The translations under genes were made by a program, and so were the position numbers. The notes under the pieces were generated by a model, which was not told the origin of the DNA, made no database searches, and worked only from the letters and a program-made list of their open reading frames with translations. This document shows, piece by piece, positions 29,801-32,000 of a DNA stretch of 32,000 nt (position 1 is its first letter; every line of letters starts with the position of its first letter). This DNA comes from Gemmata obscuriglobus (GTDB lineage Bacteria > Planctomycetota > Planctomycetia > Gemmatales > Gemmataceae): positions 7,560,001 through 7,592,000 of the forward strand of contig NZ_CP042911.1 of assembly GCF_008065095.1 (NCBI RefSeq). Reading direction: 5' to 3'.

Positions 29801-31989
29801 CCGCGGAGGTTGTTCCAGCGGCCGTAGAACGGCGCCTGGACGGCCTTGCGGATGAGCCCGGACACGGCCCCGGACAGGTACGTTTTCGCCCCGGCCCCGA
29901 GCAGCGCGGTCGCGGTCAGGCCCTTGCCCGCGGCGGTGCCGATGGCCAGCCCCGCGACGCCCGGCGCCCCGGCCAGCCCGGCCAGGGCCAGCGCCCCGCC
30001 GACGGCCGCGGTGCCGAGGGTGAACGACAGGGCCAGGGTGCCGGCCTCCATCACCAGCGCCTTGCCCAGCCCGTGGATCTTGTAGTTGCGGTAGAAGTCC
30101 GGGGCCGCGGCCTTGAGCACCCGCTTGACCGCCTTCCGGGTGGCCGCGCCCTTCTGCCCGCGGATCATGGCCTGGATGGCGATCGAGCGGGCCTCGTCCT
30201 TGAGGGCCTTGCCGAACCGCTCGAGGGGCGCGCCGACGGAGTCGAGCAGCGGCACCCGGCGGATCGCCTGCCCCAGCTTCTCGGCGGCCCACCCCGCGCC
30301 CTGGACCGTGGACGAGCCGCCGGCCAGCCCGAGCGCGGCCGCGTCCCCGGCCCGCCGGGCGGCGGCCTTCGCGCCCCGCCCCGCCGCGGCCGCGGCCCGC
30401 CGGGCGGCGAGCGTGCCCCGCGCGGTCTTCGGCGCGGGGGCAGCAGGGGCGGGAGCAGCGGGCGCGGCCGGTGCGGTCGGGGGGTTCGGCGGTTTCGGCG
30501 CGGCCGGGGGCTTCGGCGCGGCGGGCGCCGGGGGCGGTGCGGGCGCCCGCACCGGGGCCGCCGGGCCGGCGGCGCGGGCCTTGGGCAGGGCGCCGCCCGC
30601 GCGGGTCCGGGAGCTGAGCCGCTGGAACGACTCGAGTGTGAGCGACCGCTTCCCGCTGGCGCTCACCATGCGCGGGCCGGCGGGCGTGTTGGTCTGCTTC
30701 CAGTCGTCCCACCCGAACACGTGCACCCGCTGTTCCGCGAACGGCACCGCCGCGCCACCGCCGGCGGACGGGTCGCCGGGCGGGAGCAGCGCGGGGTCGC
30801 CCATTGATGGATCGGGCGGGAATTCGCCACCCATCCCCATGCCGCCCATGCCCATGCCGCCCATCGGGTCGGCGCTTGGGCCGGGCAGCTGGAGGGCGTC
30901 GTCGGGGTCGTTCGGGTCCGCGAGCTGGAGGCTGAACGCCTTCGCGTAGTGCTTCTTGGACAGCGCGTTCGGGCCGGTGAACCCGATCGCCTGCGCCCCC
31001 TGCACCACCTGGAGCAGCTCGAGCAGCTCCTGGTTGCTGGCGGCCCCGAACGTGAGCTTGGGGTACGCCCCGCCGGCCGGGTACGGGTAGTTGAAGTCGA
31101 CGAACTTGGGGGCCAGCTGCTTGTTGACCGCGTCCGTCACCAGCGCCATCAGGAGCCACGGCACCAGGTCGGCGATCGACTTCTGGACCTTCGAGTCCCC
31201 GCGCAGCTCGGGGGCGGCGCTCACCAGGCTCTGGAGCGTGGCGAACGTGATCCCGCTGACCACCTCGTCCCGCTTGCTCTCGGCGAAGCTCTTGTAGTCC
31301 GGCTCCGAGGCGGCCGACAGGTTGATCGCCTCGATCCGCACCCCCTCGGGCACGGCGATCCAGGTGGCGCTCTTGGCCTTCCGCAGCGCGTCCTCCAGGG
31401 CCGGCTTGTCGTCGTCGCTCTGGTACGTGCCCATGAGCATGCCGGCCATGCGCTTCTCGTGGTGGATCACGCGGAGCTTGTCCACCGTGTCCAGCATCCA
31501 CCACGCGCCGTACGCCGGGCGGTACGCGGCGAGCCCGAGCGGCTCGTCGAACACCGTCATGTACCGGCTGAACACGAAGTCCTCAATGGGGTACGCGGGC
31601 TGCTCCGGCGCGCGCCGGGCCTGCACCCACTTGACGTTGCCGAAGGGGTCCCCGCCCAGCCGCACGTCGCCGCACGTGTCGTCGGTGTCCTTGGCCGACA
31701 GCTTGGTGCAGACGATGTGCTTCGCGAGCTTCCCCTGCCGGCCGGGGTTCCAGACGGGCTCGGCGAGCGAGTGCCCCTCGCTCCCGAGCGGGGCGCAGAC
31801 GGCCCGCACGACCGAGATGATGCCGCCCGCCAGGTAGTCCTCGATCATCGCCTTGAACGCGTCCGCCTGCTCCTCGCTCTCCGGGTTCCCCGGCTCCGAC
31901 GCCTGCACCTGCCAGTCCTCGGCCGCGACCGTCAGGATCGCCGGCTCCCAGGCCGTCGCGACCCACGGGCTGCGGCGCATGAGCCGCAT
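26761..31989 (-). CDS. Giant fusion ORF (at least 1742 aa): portal-like N-terminus, two [W-x2-W...SGKR module / low-complexity / hydrophobic] segments, ParB-like domain, helical C-terminus
   Basis: A single open frame. Residues 1 to about 370 look like a phage portal (probably the Mu gp29/DUF935 type, by context). A GGMGMGGMGMGG linker follows. Module copies are at aa 421-460 and 1323-1360. Gly/Ala hydrophobic stretches are at aa 641-715 and 1251-1297. The ParB-like NGHHRLDLA segment is at about aa 1391-1500. The frame stays open to the window edge, so the true start may lie upstream. The other long ORFs over this span are Arg/Gly/Pro-rich out-of-frame artefacts. Confidence 0.7.
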   Translation of the reverse strand: MRLMRRSPWVATAWEPAILTVAAEDWQVQASEPGNPESEEQADAFKAMIEDYLAGGIISVVRAVCAPLGSEGHSLAEPVWNPGRQGKLAKHIVCTKLSAKDTDDTCGDVRLGGDPFGNVKWVQARRAPEQPAYPIEDFVFSRYMTVFDEPLGLAAYRPAYGAWWMLDTVDKLRVIHHEKRMAGMLMGTYQSDDDKPALEDALRKAKSATWIAVPEGVRIEAINLSAASEPDYKSFAESKRDEVVSGITFATLQSLVSAAPELRGDSKVQKSIADLVPWLLMALVTDAVNKQLAPKFVDFNYPYPAGGAYPKLTFGAASNQELLELLQVVQGAQAIGFTGPNALSKKHYAKAFSLQLADPNDPDDALQLPGPSADPMGGMGMGGMGMGGEFPPDPSMGDPALLPPGDPSAGGGAAVPFAEQRVHVFGWDDWKQTNTPAGPRMVSASGKRSLTLESFQRLSSRTRAGGALPKARAAGPAAPVRAPAPPPAPAAPKPPAAPKPPNPPTAPAAPAAPAPAAPAPKTARGTLAARRAAAAAGRGAKAAARRAGDAAALGLAGGSSTVQGAGWAAEKLGQAIRRVPLLDSVGAPLERFGKALKDEARSIAIQAMIRGQKGAATRKAVKRVLKAAAPDFYRNYKIHGLGKALVMEAGTLALSFTLGTAAVGGALALAGLAGAPGVAGLAIGTAAGKGLTATALLGAGAKTYLSGAVSGLIRKAVQAPFYGRWNNLRGTRGAGTAVRKADAAMEARRAQELGTNSGGLLSRAKRALLLKTRGPKAVARAEARAKLKAARAGMVAGPSAAVGAARNANNRAGGRDFYRGPGQASQRKFFAEAAGDDPLGFVVAFREQAERALGHPIDLTDEQLAALLADLLEYLDEATAAALDEDAPAQAESFADRAEGLGLAWDVFGWQPARTRSGGVKAVGTAEHQGQVLYGDRARAALERQAGVGRRATAPRTLTFETVGPRGGVKRTVERGVSPERAREVVAQQARRDAQDGPPDPRTPRLVKINRTRIRKAVTAQAAELAPAAARAGSDPAAAAKVADAGKQAVTHAAAELKKLGPLPEVVRPVIRSTWLDAARGMPKGQRKEVGNLLEDTLGRDVDAAGDLALKLGGYLAKLPAGGAKLVVGALGRFAGGLVRAAVKAPRTVRRLAGEVVGDVVRAGAHDRQTASNLISGAAGAVTAAGRAALAVPRTLAGHAADAAVSTAVGTGQGLLALARETLRLTPKAVRAGWGAAKWLANSRLGRAARPFLWWGAALVGGAAVMAAPVLAAGAGLIPPLAGFLAAPAAVAGTVYLGRKIGRKAADAGMRATGNDEVVPHSERVHAFAWHEWTRQGDRMVSPSGKRSLTLDAFQKLSARRGGTPAPGAVAAGAPGRSPFAPPASPQPGRVYQVAPGRVAVDPGRFQFKLNTNARGVGAELAHVTTFDPELAGVLAVWKDPADGKTYVVNGHHRLDLANRTGARDVSVRYVTARTAAEARAKGALINIAEGRGTAVDAAKFLRDTGRSAADLAAAGISLKGQVARDAADLVKLAPDLFRQVAHGSLDPDRAAAVARHLDDHLDQQRLLSALVKQEERTGRAAGPRVVEAMAQEMRDAPKVSRTQESLFGPIEQDESVYFHRAELKAYVRAELAKEAKDFRLGASVRRAQALESVAGNRLATEQNRTIADKADAALDDFDRGARLKGPLSDLLNEYAVHYADATNAGRSQLRAKTLAAVRNVLSGNDPGAAPVVAKRGPGLFD
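27490..27819 (-). other. ParB/Srx-fold (ParB-like nuclease / NTP-binding) domain inside the giant ORF
   Basis: YQVAPGRVAVDPGRFQFKLN...LAGVLAVWKDPADGKTYVVNGHHRLDLANRTGARDVSVRYV has the strand - G-H/R-x-R - helix arrangement typical of ParB N-terminal-like domains. Confidence 0.6.
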
Positions 31990-32000
31990 GGCGGCGCGGA

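Larger units (their letters stand above)
1..32000. mobile_element. Tailed-phage / prophage region: Mu-like head module, siphovirus-like tail module and accessory cargo genes
   Basis: Collinear minus-strand block with portal, MuF-like, protease/scaffold, gpT-like capsid, gpG-like completion, tail tube, frameshifted chaperones, tape measure and distal tail genes. Stops and starts are tightly coupled (TGATG, GTGCCTGA overlaps). No ends, att sites or integrase fall inside the window, so free phage versus prophage cannot be decided. Confidence 0.85.

Noticed and set aside
26765-31504. Very long alternative-frame ORFs over the giant gene: 26765..31504 (-) of 1579 aa and 26896..30807 (+) of 1303 aa. 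Similar ones occur elsewhere: 2839..5031 (+), 6280..9030 (+), 8781..10844 (-), 19820..21514 (-), 19891..21843 (+), 22398..24645 (+), 2438..3811 (-) and 1301..2410 (-).
   Set aside because: Their products are dominated by Arg/Gly/Pro/Ala runs with no recognisable domains. This is the usual signature of stop-poor off-frames in roughly 70% GC DNA. In each case another frame over the same span gives family-like sequence and coupled start/stop junctions.
1-32000. Search for tRNA, rRNA, CRISPR arrays, integrase/transposase genes, att sites and lysis genes.
   Set aside because: I could support none of these from the sequence. Whether the element is integrated, and whether it transposes like Mu, cannot be judged from this window.

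Overview
The window is about 70% GC. Nearly all of it is the late (virion) region of a tailed phage or prophage, read on the minus strand from 31989 down to 2845.

Gene order on the minus strand:
- a portal domain fused into a giant ORF of at least 1742 aa that ends in a ParB-like domain
- a MuF/SPP1-gp7-like head morphogenesis protein
- two basic, Gly-zipper proteins
- a Mu gpI-like protease/scaffold
- a decoration-like protein
- a Mu gpT-like major capsid protein
- connector and gpG-like completion proteins
- tail tube
- tail chaperones with a -1 frameshift
- tape measure
- four distal tail/fibre proteins
- a terminal glycosyltransferase-glycosyltransferase-methyltransferase fusion

This combines a Mu-like head with a siphovirus-like tail. 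The host is probably a planctomycete (Gemmata-like), judged from a TIGR03067-type protein, a TIGR02996-like motif and the GC content.

The left end (1-2800) holds a divergently transcribed ribbon-helix-helix (RHH) regulator. Next to it is an AT-richer control region with two TCACTAGTG palindromes. A plus-strand operon of five small genes follows, separated by a structured intergenic cassette present in four copies.

Three low-GC plus-strand cargo genes sit head-on at late-operon boundaries:
- a lipoprotein
- a TIGR03067-like secreted protein
- a minimal CHAT caspase-like protease with an uncharacterised C-terminal half

Each cargo gene lies next to a copy of a 30-nt promoter-like motif, TTTCAT-N18-CACACT with a conserved spacer core CCGGGCAACCC. 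I found four copies of this motif.

Other recurring elements:
- a GC palindrome (GGTGCGGGCGCCCGCACC) in three copies
- a roughly 35-aa W-x2-W...SGKRSLTL module in four copies across three genes
- a Cys-rich tail-fibre protein with poly-Thr linkers

No rRNA, tRNA, CRISPR array, integrase or att site was recognised. All homology calls come from reading the translated sequence by eye and need database confirmation.
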